A stretch of 64,000 nt of DNA from an uncultured virus (IMG/VR IMGVR_UViG_3300023210_000023) (lineage: Duplodnaviria > Heunggongvirae > Uroviricota > Caudoviricetes), in IMG/VR virus record IMGVR_UViG_3300023210_000023; one strand, 5' to 3'. A program made the translations under genes and the position numbers. A model generated the notes under the pieces. The model made no database searches, was not told the origin of the DNA, and saw nothing but the letters and a program-made list of their open reading frames with translations. Below are positions 11,069 to 21,100 of the stretch, piece after piece; positions within the stretch are counted from its first letter, which is position 1; every line of letters starts with the position of its first letter.

Positions 11069-11656
11069 ATGGCTACAAATACATCTAACGGAAACTGTTG
11101 CTCATCTTGTGGGCAAACAAGCTGTAATAATTTAACATGTGGGTGTGGTGATCATTCATTAAGTACACCTTGTAACTACACAGGTAGAAATTGTAAAGAT
11201 GGTAATCATGAAAAATGTGAAGAAGTATATTGTGAGAATTGTGTAGCTAATTGTGAAAGTAAGTTAGAATTTGAAATATCAAGTACTACAAGTTTTATAA
11301 TTGAAAAAGGAGAAAGATTATCTGCAACATTACAGAAGTTAGTTCAATATATTATTAATCCAGCATGTGTTACATCAAATAATGAGATATTAAATATCAT
11401 GCCAGGAACTGTAGATAGTTCAAGTATTCAAATAACGTGGGATTTAATTGGAGCAAGTAATTCAGCTTCAGCATTACAAGTAAGAGTTAAAATACCAACA
11501 GCAGCTGGTTGGACAAATATAACTCCAACATTACCTACTACATCAACATCATATACAATAATAGGATTACAACCAAATACAGAATATATGTTTAGTGTAT
11601 TAGGTGTAGGAACAAGTTGTACATCAGCATCTATTTTTGTTACTACAAATCCATAA
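11069..11656 (+). CDS. Cys-rich protein with C-terminal fibronectin type III domain
   Basis: FN3 signature SSIQITW…SYTIIGLQPNTEYMFSV; Cys-rich N-terminus resembling that of the upstream ORF. Confidence 0.7.
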   Translation: MATNTSNGNCCSSCGQTSCNNLTCGCGDHSLSTPCNYTGRNCKDGNHEKCEEVYCENCVANCESKLEFEISSTTSFIIEKGERLSATLQKLVQYIINPACVTSNNEILNIMPGTVDSSSIQITWDLIGASNSASALQVRVKIPTAAGWTNITPTLPTTSTSYTIIGLQPNTEYMFSVLGVGTSCTSASIFVTTNP

Positions 11657-11706
11657 TAATAAAACAAGAAAGTGATGGTTTATTGGTTTTCCAAAACTTA
11701 ATTGTC

Positions 11707-11743
11707 AGAGACCTGGGGTTAACACCGGGTCTCTTTTTTTTTT
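11707..11743 (+). terminator. Rho-independent terminator
   Basis: Stem AGAGACCTGG (11707-11716) / CCGGGTCTCT (11725-11734) with one G-U pair, followed by a T-run to 11743, downstream of the FN3 gene. Confidence 0.85.
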
Positions 11744-11760
11744 ATATTAAATATTTTTTA

Positions 11761-11768
11761 TATATTTG
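11761..11768 (+). promoter_or_regulatory. Bacteroidota housekeeping-sigma -7 element (TATATTTG)
   Basis: Exact TAnnTTTG match just after the terminator and 26 nt upstream of the phosphoesterase ATG. The -33 element is not clearly matched. Confidence 0.55.
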
Positions 11769-11794
11769 TCCAAAAAAATAACTAAAAATAATTT

Positions 11795-12976
11795 ATGGAC
11801 TCATTAATTGAAAGAATCAAAGCATCCTTTAAGTGGAAAAAAAACTCTGAATACTGTGCAGAAAAATTAGAAATTACAGTAGATGATTATGACAAACTAA
11901 AAGATTATGTCAGATCACAAGAATTACTAGAAAACTCATCAACATCATATGAGTATAATTTAGAAAAAGGTGAAGCAAAAATGGAGACAGTAAGTTCTTC
12001 TGAACCTAAATCACCTGAAGAAATAATTGATATATTAAACATAGATATAACACAATGGAAATTATCTAGCTATTGGAATAAGCAAATGGGTGATCATTGG
12101 AGAGTATCAGCAATGGTTACAAGATTAAAAGATAATGAAGTAGATAATGTTGCTGAGTTATTAAAAGGTTTTAAACCAAAAAAATATAAAGAAGTAAAAA
12201 GAATTAAAACTCCAGGTAGAACAAAGACAGCTGGAGTTTTATCATTACAAGACATACATTTTGGTAAAGAAGGAAATGAAACTATAGATAAAGATTTTGA
12301 AGAAACAATTATTGATTTAGTTGAGAGAGCTACAAGTGCTCATCATTTAGAAAAAATATATTATGTAGTAGGAGGAGATCTTATCAACATGGATACGTGG
12401 AGTGGTACTACCACTAGCGGAACACCATTAGACAACTGTAAGACTGCTACAGAGGCTTACATCCAGGCATTTAATGCTATACAATGGAGTATTAATTATA
12501 TTAAACAGTTTTGTGATGAATTACAAGTAGTGTATATTCCTGGTAATCATGATAGGTTATCTTCATTTCATTTAGCACATGGACTATCTAAATGCTATGA
12601 TGACCCAAAAATAGTATGGGATGTTGTATATCTTGAAAGAAAGGTGTATGTATATGGTGATAACTTCTTTGCTTTTGAACATGGTGATGTTAATACTAAG
12701 AACTCACTATTAGTTTATTCAATGGAGTATCCTAGACAATGGGGTAAAACATTATATAGAACTTTATATACAGGGCATTACCATCATAAAAAGAAAATAG
12801 AATATATAACTGAGCATGAGAAGACAGGGTTTATGTTAAAAATCCTTCCTAGTCTTTCACGTACAGACTACTACCATTACCATAATAAATTTATAGGTTC
12901 TAGAAGATCTGGAGTTCTTTCTTTACATTCTCCAAATAAAGGGGAAATATGTGAATTGTCATATTCACCTCAATAA
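11795..12976 (+). CDS. Calcineurin-like metallophosphoesterase
   Basis: All five motifs in order: QDIHFG, GGDLIN, PGNHD, EHGD, TGHYHH; ~140-aa N-terminal extension. Confidence 0.85.
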   Translation: MDSLIERIKASFKWKKNSEYCAEKLEITVDDYDKLKDYVRSQELLENSSTSYEYNLEKGEAKMETVSSSEPKSPEEIIDILNIDITQWKLSSYWNKQMGDHWRVSAMVTRLKDNEVDNVAELLKGFKPKKYKEVKRIKTPGRTKTAGVLSLQDIHFGKEGNETIDKDFEETIIDLVERATSAHHLEKIYYVVGGDLINMDTWSGTTTSGTPLDNCKTATEAYIQAFNAIQWSINYIKQFCDELQVVYIPGNHDRLSSFHLAHGLSKCYDDPKIVWDVVYLERKVYVYGDNFFAFEHGDVNTKNSLLVYSMEYPRQWGKTLYRTLYTGHYHHKKKIEYITEHEKTGFMLKILPSLSRTDYYHYHNKFIGSRRSGVLSLHSPNKGEICELSYSPQ

Positions 12977-12994
12977 ACTTTTATATCTCTCTAA

Positions 12995-13010
12995 TTTTTT
13001 GTAAATTATA
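12995..13010 (+). promoter_or_regulatory. Candidate phage late promoter motif (TTTTTTGTAAATTATA)
   Basis: Recurrent intergenic motif, 11 nt upstream of the ATG at 13022. Confidence 0.5.
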
Positions 13011-13021
13011 GTGTAAGGAAT

Positions 13022-13540
13022 ATGATTAACAATTATAAGTCACCGGATTTAAGTAAACCTAGATATAGGGAAAAGGTTTTAAGTTTATTAAATGTAAAAA
13101 CATTGAATAAGTTTAAAGATAAGAACCCTATGTATTCTAGTGTTGATGATACTAAACTAAAAAATGTTATTAAAACATTTAATGGTATGATTTGGGAGAA
13201 TATCATAGATAATAGAGATGGGGTAGAATTACCTGACTCACTTGGATATTTATTTATAGGAACATGTCCTGCAGCAAAGAAAGTTAATATGGATTATTCT
13301 TTATCTAAGAAGTATGGTAAAGTTATCCAAAATAAGAATTGGGATACTGATGGTAATGTAGGTAAAATATTTTATACCAACTACTCACCTAAGTATAGAT
13401 TCAAGACTAGAGAATTATGGCAGTTTACTGCTATAAGGCAATTTAAGCGTGCTGTAGCTAAGATATATCCTACCCAATGGAAAAAGTACATTAAGATGAA
13501 AAAGAAAATCAGAGTGGCTGATATGTATAAAAGAAAATAG
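13022..13540 (+). CDS. IHF/HU-like DNA-binding protein (crAss-like conserved gene)
   Basis: Basic protein with helix plus 'GVELPDSLGYLFIG' turn/strand pattern like HU/IHF. It sits just before the tail ring genes, as in crAss-like phages. Confidence 0.6.
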   Translation: MINNYKSPDLSKPRYREKVLSLLNVKTLNKFKDKNPMYSSVDDTKLKNVIKTFNGMIWENIIDNRDGVELPDSLGYLFIGTCPAAKKVNMDYSLSKKYGKVIQNKNWDTDGNVGKIFYTNYSPKYRFKTRELWQFTAIRQFKRAVAKIYPTQWKKYIKMKKKIRVADMYKRK

Positions 13541-13542
13541 AT

Positions 13543-14214
13543 ATGACTACTATAGGAGAAGCCGTCTCAAGAATAAGAGGTCAAATGAAGGCCGAAGTTC
13601 AAGATGCATTTATGACTGATAGATATATCTACAGTCTTATACTAAAGTATGCACAACTGTTAATGAGAAGGCAAGATCATGCTAATAAGCTTATGAAGTT
13701 TAATAGTGTTTGGCAATCTCTTAACTTTATTGAGCTTATTGAAATAGATAAAGTTGAAGCAGGATGTGTAGGAATAGAAAGTGGTTCTACAATTAAAAGA
13801 ACTAAACTCAAACTTCCAACATTTATGGAAGGATATTGGGGTCCCCTAATCAGAAGTGTAACATCAATAGATGGTAGTATGAAGTTAGAACCTACTGACC
13901 CTTCTACATATGCCTCTATGACAAGGAGTACATCATTTAAATATAATACCACTAAGTACTTCTGGTATTTAAATGGATACTTGTATTTACCAAATATAGA
14001 TTGGGATGCTATTAAACTAGAAGGTGTATTTGAAGGAGATATATCAAAGTGGACATGTGATACAGAAGATGATTGTGTACCTATGTATTTAAAGACAATC
14101 TATATTCCAGAATTTCTATTCTCTGAAATAGAAAATCAAATTTTAAATATGGCATTTAATACAATGAAGATTCCTGGAGAAGATTCAGATAACAAACAAA
14201 ACCCAAATAGATAA
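13543..14214 (+). CDS. Putative tail ring/tubular (adaptor) protein
   Basis: Helical N-terminus, 'YFWYLNGYLY' beta segment and C-terminal helix; position between the IHF-like gene and the muzzle gene. Confidence 0.55.
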   Translation: MTTIGEAVSRIRGQMKAEVQDAFMTDRYIYSLILKYAQLLMRRQDHANKLMKFNSVWQSLNFIELIEIDKVEAGCVGIESGSTIKRTKLKLPTFMEGYWGPLIRSVTSIDGSMKLEPTDPSTYASMTRSTSFKYNTTKYFWYLNGYLYLPNIDWDAIKLEGVFEGDISKWTCDTEDDCVPMYLKTIYIPEFLFSEIENQILNMAFNTMKIPGEDSDNKQNPNR

Positions 14215-15122
14215 TGAGCGTATCACATAAATATAGAACATTTGACCAATTACTTGAAGACGTTAAGATAGATTTTAGAACTTATAATCTTGAGGGTCAT
14301 ATTGAACCTCAACAATTAATTAAAGTTGTACAAAGAGTAAATTATGACTTAGGTCTTAAAATACAAAGAACACATGATGCAGTATTAGATGTAGAAAATA
14401 AAAAAGCTAAACTTCCTTCAAACTTTAATGTTCTAAATTTTGGATCAATATGTGGAAAGTATAAGGTAAATAATACATTACCATCAGGAACACATATTGA
14501 TACTACACAACCTAAATATACTCCTGATCCAGGAGGAGGTGATATGTGTCTTGATCCTGAAGACTGTAAAGACGTTTGTGTAATACAAACATGTCCAACA
14601 AAGACTAAAGGAACAACAACATATAATAGTCAATATGTAGTATTACAACATGTAGGTCCAGAACAATGGAGAGAATATTCTATATTTCTACCATTAAGAA
14701 TTTCTAGTCTACAGGGAGTGCATTGTGATTGTCCAAACTTATCCACAAGAGCTGCTGATACAGCAGAAATTAAAGATGGTTATTTATTAACTAATTTTAA
14801 CTCAGGAAAAGTATATATAAACTATCAAGGAACAATGGAAGATAATTCAGGTAAACTCTTAGTTCTTGATCATCCTTACTGTAATGAATATTATGAGTAT
14901 GCAGTAAAACAAAGAATACTTGAAAATATGATGTTTGATGGTGAAAATGTGGTTAACCAACTTGGGATGATTGAGCAGAAATTAAGAGCTGCTAAAAATA
15001 CAGCATTAGGATTTGTTAATACTCCTGATTTTGCTGAATATAGAAAAATATGGGAAGTTAATAGAAGAGCGCAGTATCATAATTATTATGATATGTTTAG
15101 AAGTAATGCACCACATAGATAA
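14214..15122 (+). CDS. Putative tail ring/tubular protein (P22 gp4-like class)
   Basis: 'EIKDGYLLTNFNSGKVYINYQG' segment typical of crAss ring proteins; TAATG overlap with the previous gene; directly upstream of the muzzle gene. Confidence 0.6.
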   Translation: MSVSHKYRTFDQLLEDVKIDFRTYNLEGHIEPQQLIKVVQRVNYDLGLKIQRTHDAVLDVENKKAKLPSNFNVLNFGSICGKYKVNNTLPSGTHIDTTQPKYTPDPGGGDMCLDPEDCKDVCVIQTCPTKTKGTTTYNSQYVVLQHVGPEQWREYSIFLPLRISSLQGVHCDCPNLSTRAADTAEIKDGYLLTNFNSGKVYINYQGTMEDNSGKLLVLDHPYCNEYYEYAVKQRILENMMFDGENVVNQLGMIEQKLRAAKNTALGFVNTPDFAEYRKIWEVNRRAQYHNYYDMFRSNAPHR

Positions 15123-15124
15123 CC

Positions 15125-18100
15125 ATGGCAAAGAAAAAACAAAATCAACCAACCTCTACAACAGAAACTAATCTAACCCCAAAAGGGATGATAAAAGATT
15201 CTGATGCAAGTTACATGTCCAAACAAAATTGGAATCATGCACGTAATGCTATAAATAATTCTATTGATGGTGATGTAGGAGTTATTGGAAATGAACCTGC
15301 AAATTTACAATGCATTAATGTACCTTATACAATAATAGGTGGTATTCACTTATATGGAGATATATGGGTTATTTTTTCTACTGATAATATAAATTCTGAA
15401 ATTGGTAGATTTGATGACAGCAGATGTGAGTATGAAGCTATTGTAAATGATGGATGTCTTAATTTTAGTACTGATCATTTAATTGTTGGTGTTTCAAAAG
15501 AAAATTATGATTGTCAATGGTTGGTATATTGGGATGATGCTTTAAACCCTTCAAGAGTTTTAAATATAGATGATGTTCCTTATACACTAGATCCTATTTG
15601 TACTGACCCGTGTAATCCTTGTTACACTACAGATTTAGATTGTGATGCTATAAGACTAGCTCCTTTCATGGATGTACCTTGTATAACATTATCAAAAGCA
15701 GAAGAAGGAGGATCTTTAGTTAATGGTACATATCAAGTTTTTATTGCATATACATTAGATAATCAAGTTATAGGTGATTATGTTGGTATATCAAACTTAC
15801 AATCATTATGGAATCATAGTGGTCCTTCAGGTTCATTAGATATTAACATCAGTAATCTTGATAAAGATTTTGATAACTTTCAACTTGTAATAAGATTTAA
15901 AACTCACAATGCTATTAGTACAAGAATTATTGGATATTATAGTACTGAACAAACAACAATAAACATTGATTATATTGACGGTAGATTAGAAGTTTTAACT
16001 GACCTAGCATTAATAGTAAGAAATCCTGTATATGAAAAATCAGATGGAATGTATGTTGTTAATGATTATTTAATTAGATCACAACCTACAGAAAAGTTTG
16101 ATTTTAATTATCAACCATTAGCAAACTTAATACATGCTCATTGGGAGTCATGGAGGTACCCTTCAACATATTATTCAAATGGAGGTAATAAACCTTCTTT
16201 TATGAGAGATGAACAGTATGCGTTCTTTATAAGATGGATATATAATACAGGTGATAAATCTAAAGCATATCACATTCCAGGTAAACCACCGGGTAATGTT
16301 GCTTCAAATTTACCGGGATATGTTGCACTTCCTCCTTTACAAACAAATGATCCACTTACTGTAGATGGAATTAACATTGCTCCAAGTGGTTCTCAAGAGT
16401 TTTATTTTAAAGGTATAAATACAGCAGACTCAGTTATAACAGGAGATATTGGTGATATAAAAGATGCAAAATTTAGTGGTGTTAAAACGGGAGAAGGTCA
16501 TATGGGTTACTGGCAATCTACAGAGTTATATCCACATGATCCTGTAAGATGGAATTCTAGTGAACATACTTGGTCTAATTATGGTAATGTAACAGATCAT
16601 GACTTATGTGGTCAACCAATTAGACATCATAAGTTTCCTGATGAAACATTACAAGGAACTGATGCGGCACTTTTAAGCCCAACAGTTAATGGTAGATCAG
16701 GAGAGTTTATAAATATATTAGGTATTAAGTTTGATAATATATATCCACCAGTAGATAATAATGGTGTACTTATTCCAGGAATAGTAGGTTATGAAATACT
16801 TACTGGAAGTAGAAGTGGTAATAAATCTATCTTAGCAAAAGGTATTATAAGAAATATGTTTACTTATGAAAGAGATAGTACAACATCAGCTCTAGCATCA
16901 TCCAGTGGTCCAAGACAGAGTGGTCTTTCTTGGGGTGTGTTTCCTAACTATCCTTATAATGATTTACATATAGATCCATATCTTTTAAATAGAAATCAAG
17001 GACAGCTAGTATCTAATAGACCATGGTATGATGGTATTGAAGATAATTTTTTAGTAGATCCAAGTCAACATTCATCTGAAGATAGAAAAGGACTAGGTGA
17101 GATAACCCGTGATTATTTTACATTTCATTCTCCAGATACAATGTTCTCAAGAATGTTTTTAAATCCTAGTGAAATAAAACTATATAAATCATTAAATGGT
17201 AAACAGATAGGAAACTTTAAAAGATCAGAAGAACATCCTAGATTTAAACTTATAAAGAAAAGAGCTGTTTTTGTAGCAGCTATTATTGGTGTTGGTTATG
17301 CAATTAACCAAATGAGAGGTCCAGAAGATTTATCTATAACAGGTGCAGGACAAAATCCTGCAGGTATGGCTGATTATAAAGCTTTAGGTTCTGGTACAGC
17401 TATGTCTCCATTTCCTGGTGTAGGTAATGGTATATCTCTTATTAACTCATTGTTTCACTTAGGCGGTATGGTTGGTACTTATATTGCAAAAGGTGCTTTA
17501 GATTTACTTGTTGATGGAGCTACCGTTTTAGGAGCAGGACGTGATGCAAAACAAATAGCAATACCGGTATTTAATGCAGCAGAAAGTGCGGCTACTGGAT
17601 TAACAGGTGCTGCATCAGGTAGTGAAAAAACAATAACAATGAGAGGAACAGACTTTACTGGTGTTCCAAGAATCATGGCAATGATTACAGGTATATTTGC
17701 ATTTCTTAACTATGTTGCTACAGGTGGTGATAAAATATTAGATCTAATTAGAAATCTTGTCTCTTATCAAGATCATGTATATAAATATATATCTCATGGT
17801 TTCTATGGAACTGAAGCAATACTACCTCCATTAACATGGACAGGTCCAGATCCTGCTTCTGGAATAATGGGTATTGATAATGATGTTGCATGGAGAAGGA
17901 ATGTTGAAGATGCTAGATATATAAAACAAGCTTTTTCTGCATTCCCAGGTAATGTAATGATTAACAATCTAAGAAGACAATCTACAATAGTATTAAGTAC
18001 AGAAGATTTAACAGGTAATGGAACAACAGGTCCAGGTGGTAATGATATTAATTATGGAGGTCTTGTAGATCCTAATGGGAATGACTTTTCTAAATTTACT

Positions 18101-21100
18101 ATTGGAGATGGTATGTGTAATGATTGTCAGAATCCTAATACCGGTGGAACAGGTGCAACTGTTACTTGGTATTCACCTGGTGCACAAACATGTAAACCGA
18201 TTGCTGTAAACTATGCAGCATTAAAAGTGAATATAGATAATCAGTACGGACAGATTGATAATATATTAATGCAACCTGCAGGTGGTGATTGTAATTATTT
18301 TAGTCATGATTCTTTAGTTGCTGGAACAACAATTACTACTAATGGTGGATGGTCAGAAGTTCATTGGGGAGGAGATGTATATATAAACAGATATACTGAA
18401 AAAACTAGTATGCCTTTCTTCTGGGATTTCCTAAAAGATGGTGAGCCAGATGGAATTGCTTGGGATTACAAGAATTACCCTAATGTACCTTACCCAAGAT
18501 ATTGGTTAGATTCTAATAAGTTTAGAATGGATGAGTATATTAAACCTATTACTGATCTTTCTTTTGACTGGACAGGACATACTCCTGGAGATTTATATCA
18601 CCTTGATGGACCTACTAAAGTTACATGCGAAGGAGGAAGTGCTACATTTACAGGAGCAGATAATTACGACCCTAATGATGCTCCTACAAGTTCTGTAACA
18701 GCAAGTTATGATACTACAGATGAATCACTTATTAATACTATAACTACTACTTCTACATCAGGATCTGGAGTACCTGGAGATTACATTGCTCATGTAACTG
18801 AATCAGTTGCTACTTGGGGAAATGGTGCATGGGAACTTCCTGAAGATGGTAGTGGTGTTGATTGTACATGTAATAATTGTTGGGACACAACAGGTCCGTG
18901 TTTTCTTGGTTCTAATCCTTGTGGATCAAGTTGTTTACAACCAGATTCTACACTTCCACCTCTTAATAATGGTAATTTATTTGATAATTTTGCAAGTGCA
19001 AATGCTGTTTATACAGGACCTCTTAATGGTGTTTCTTGGCAAGATGCATATATAACATTCCAAGCTACAACAGATAATAATCAAGCATCTGCTTGGACAC
19101 AACAAGGATCTGTAGTGGGAACAGGAGGTATAGTAACAGCTGCAATGCCTGCTGAACTATTATTTAAATGGCATGAAAATTATTCTGTTCTTAACTTAAC
19201 GGGTACAATAAATATATCAGTTAATATAAAATCTGTAAATCAAAATACAATAACATTCAATGGAGTAACAAATCTTGTAACAATAACACATCCTAGTGAT
19301 CCAACAGACGTTAGAGATGTACAAGGTATGTTAAGTGGAGAATATACAAGAGGTATACTTGAATCTTTAGGGGGTGTCGTACTTCCATCAGGACCTTTAA
19401 CTGATAAAACAGGTTTTAAAGCTAACGGAATTGGGGGTGTAAGTGATAGAAGGTATTATCAGGTCAACGCTGGTTCTGTTCCTGGTTGTTCTACTGATTT
19501 TGGTAAAAGTATAGATGCTACACCAGCTAATGCTGAACAGCCAGGATATGTAAATCAAACAATGATGTTAGAAGCCACGATACAAGGTTTGGCTGCGGTA
19601 TATAACTGGAATACTGGTGGTTTTGAATATGTAGTTGATAATAGGTATACTTGGTTAGTTGCACAAGGAGGAGGAGATGTAACACCTACACCTATACCTA
19701 GTGGAAGTCCAACAAGTAGTACTGCTAATGAACTATTACCTAAAGAAAATTTTGATTCTATAACAATAGATCACGGTGGATATGTTTCTACCGAAGTTTG
19801 TATAGATAGTGGTTCTATAAATACAACAACACATAAGGTGGAAAGTGATATTTTTGGATACAAAGGAGGTGATGGAACAACAACAGGTTTTAAAGGGCAA
19901 GATAGTGCTGACTTTACTATAAGTATACAAGGGGGTACTCCAGTACCAACATCTTTTGATAATGTAGATTATGAAAATGCAACACCTCCTTATGAGTCTG
20001 GTACTGATATAGATAAACATGGTGGTGTATTTGTTGTAACAGATCATTACATGTATACACATAATAACGGTGTGCAAGATTTCTTTGTTGAATCTGAAAT
20101 AAATGTAGCATTTAGAGATTACTCTGATAGTATAACTACACGTCATTATGACTATTTAGATTATACTGATATAAATACTATGTTTGATGCTAAAATTCAA
20201 GATGTAGATAATTATTATAAATATGATAAATCATTAAATCAAAAAAGATTCTGGAATACATCTTTTGGTGAAATACAACCTAGATGGTATGACCCTTATG
20301 TTTCAGAGACATGTTTAACAAAGTTTCCTAAGAGATTAATATATTCTTTACCAACAGGTGGTGTAACATTAAAGAAACTTAAACAACAAAAGAAAGAAGC
20401 TAATAAAGACTTTTGGAGAATATTCCTTAGTAAAAACTTTAGAGATTTTAAATCTACAGTTAATACAATTAAACCTATTAATAAAACAGGTGCATTAATA
20501 TTATTCCCAACAATATCTCCACAAATGTTCCAAGGTGTAGATGCATTAAACATGGATAAAGGTGGTACTAAACTTATTATTGGTGACGGAGGTTTATTTA
20601 GCCAAGCGTTTCAAAATGTAGCTAACTCAGATTTATCTCATGAATATGGCTCATGTGAAAGTGCAAGAAGTGTTATTAATACACCTATGGGATTATTTTA
20701 TGTATCTCAAGCACAAGGAAAAATATTCCAATATGGTTCAAAAGGTCTATCAGCTATATCTGATCAAGGAATGAAATGGTGGTTTAATAAATATTTACCA
20801 TCAAGATTAATAGCTGCATTACCCAATGTAGAAGATTGTCCTTCAGTTGCTGATAATCCAGTTACAGGAATAGGTATACAGTCAGTATATGATCCTATGA
20901 ATGATATTATATACTTTATGAAAAAAGATTATGAAGTATTAAGTCCTTGTATTTCATATGTACCTTGTGAAGGATTTTATATAGATATTAACTGTGGGGA
21001 AAGTTGTGCGCCTGGACAGACATTTAATTCTACTACTAAATTATGTGAGGAAACCTCATTTGGATTCTGTAGTCCATCAGCATCACAATGTCCTCCAGGA

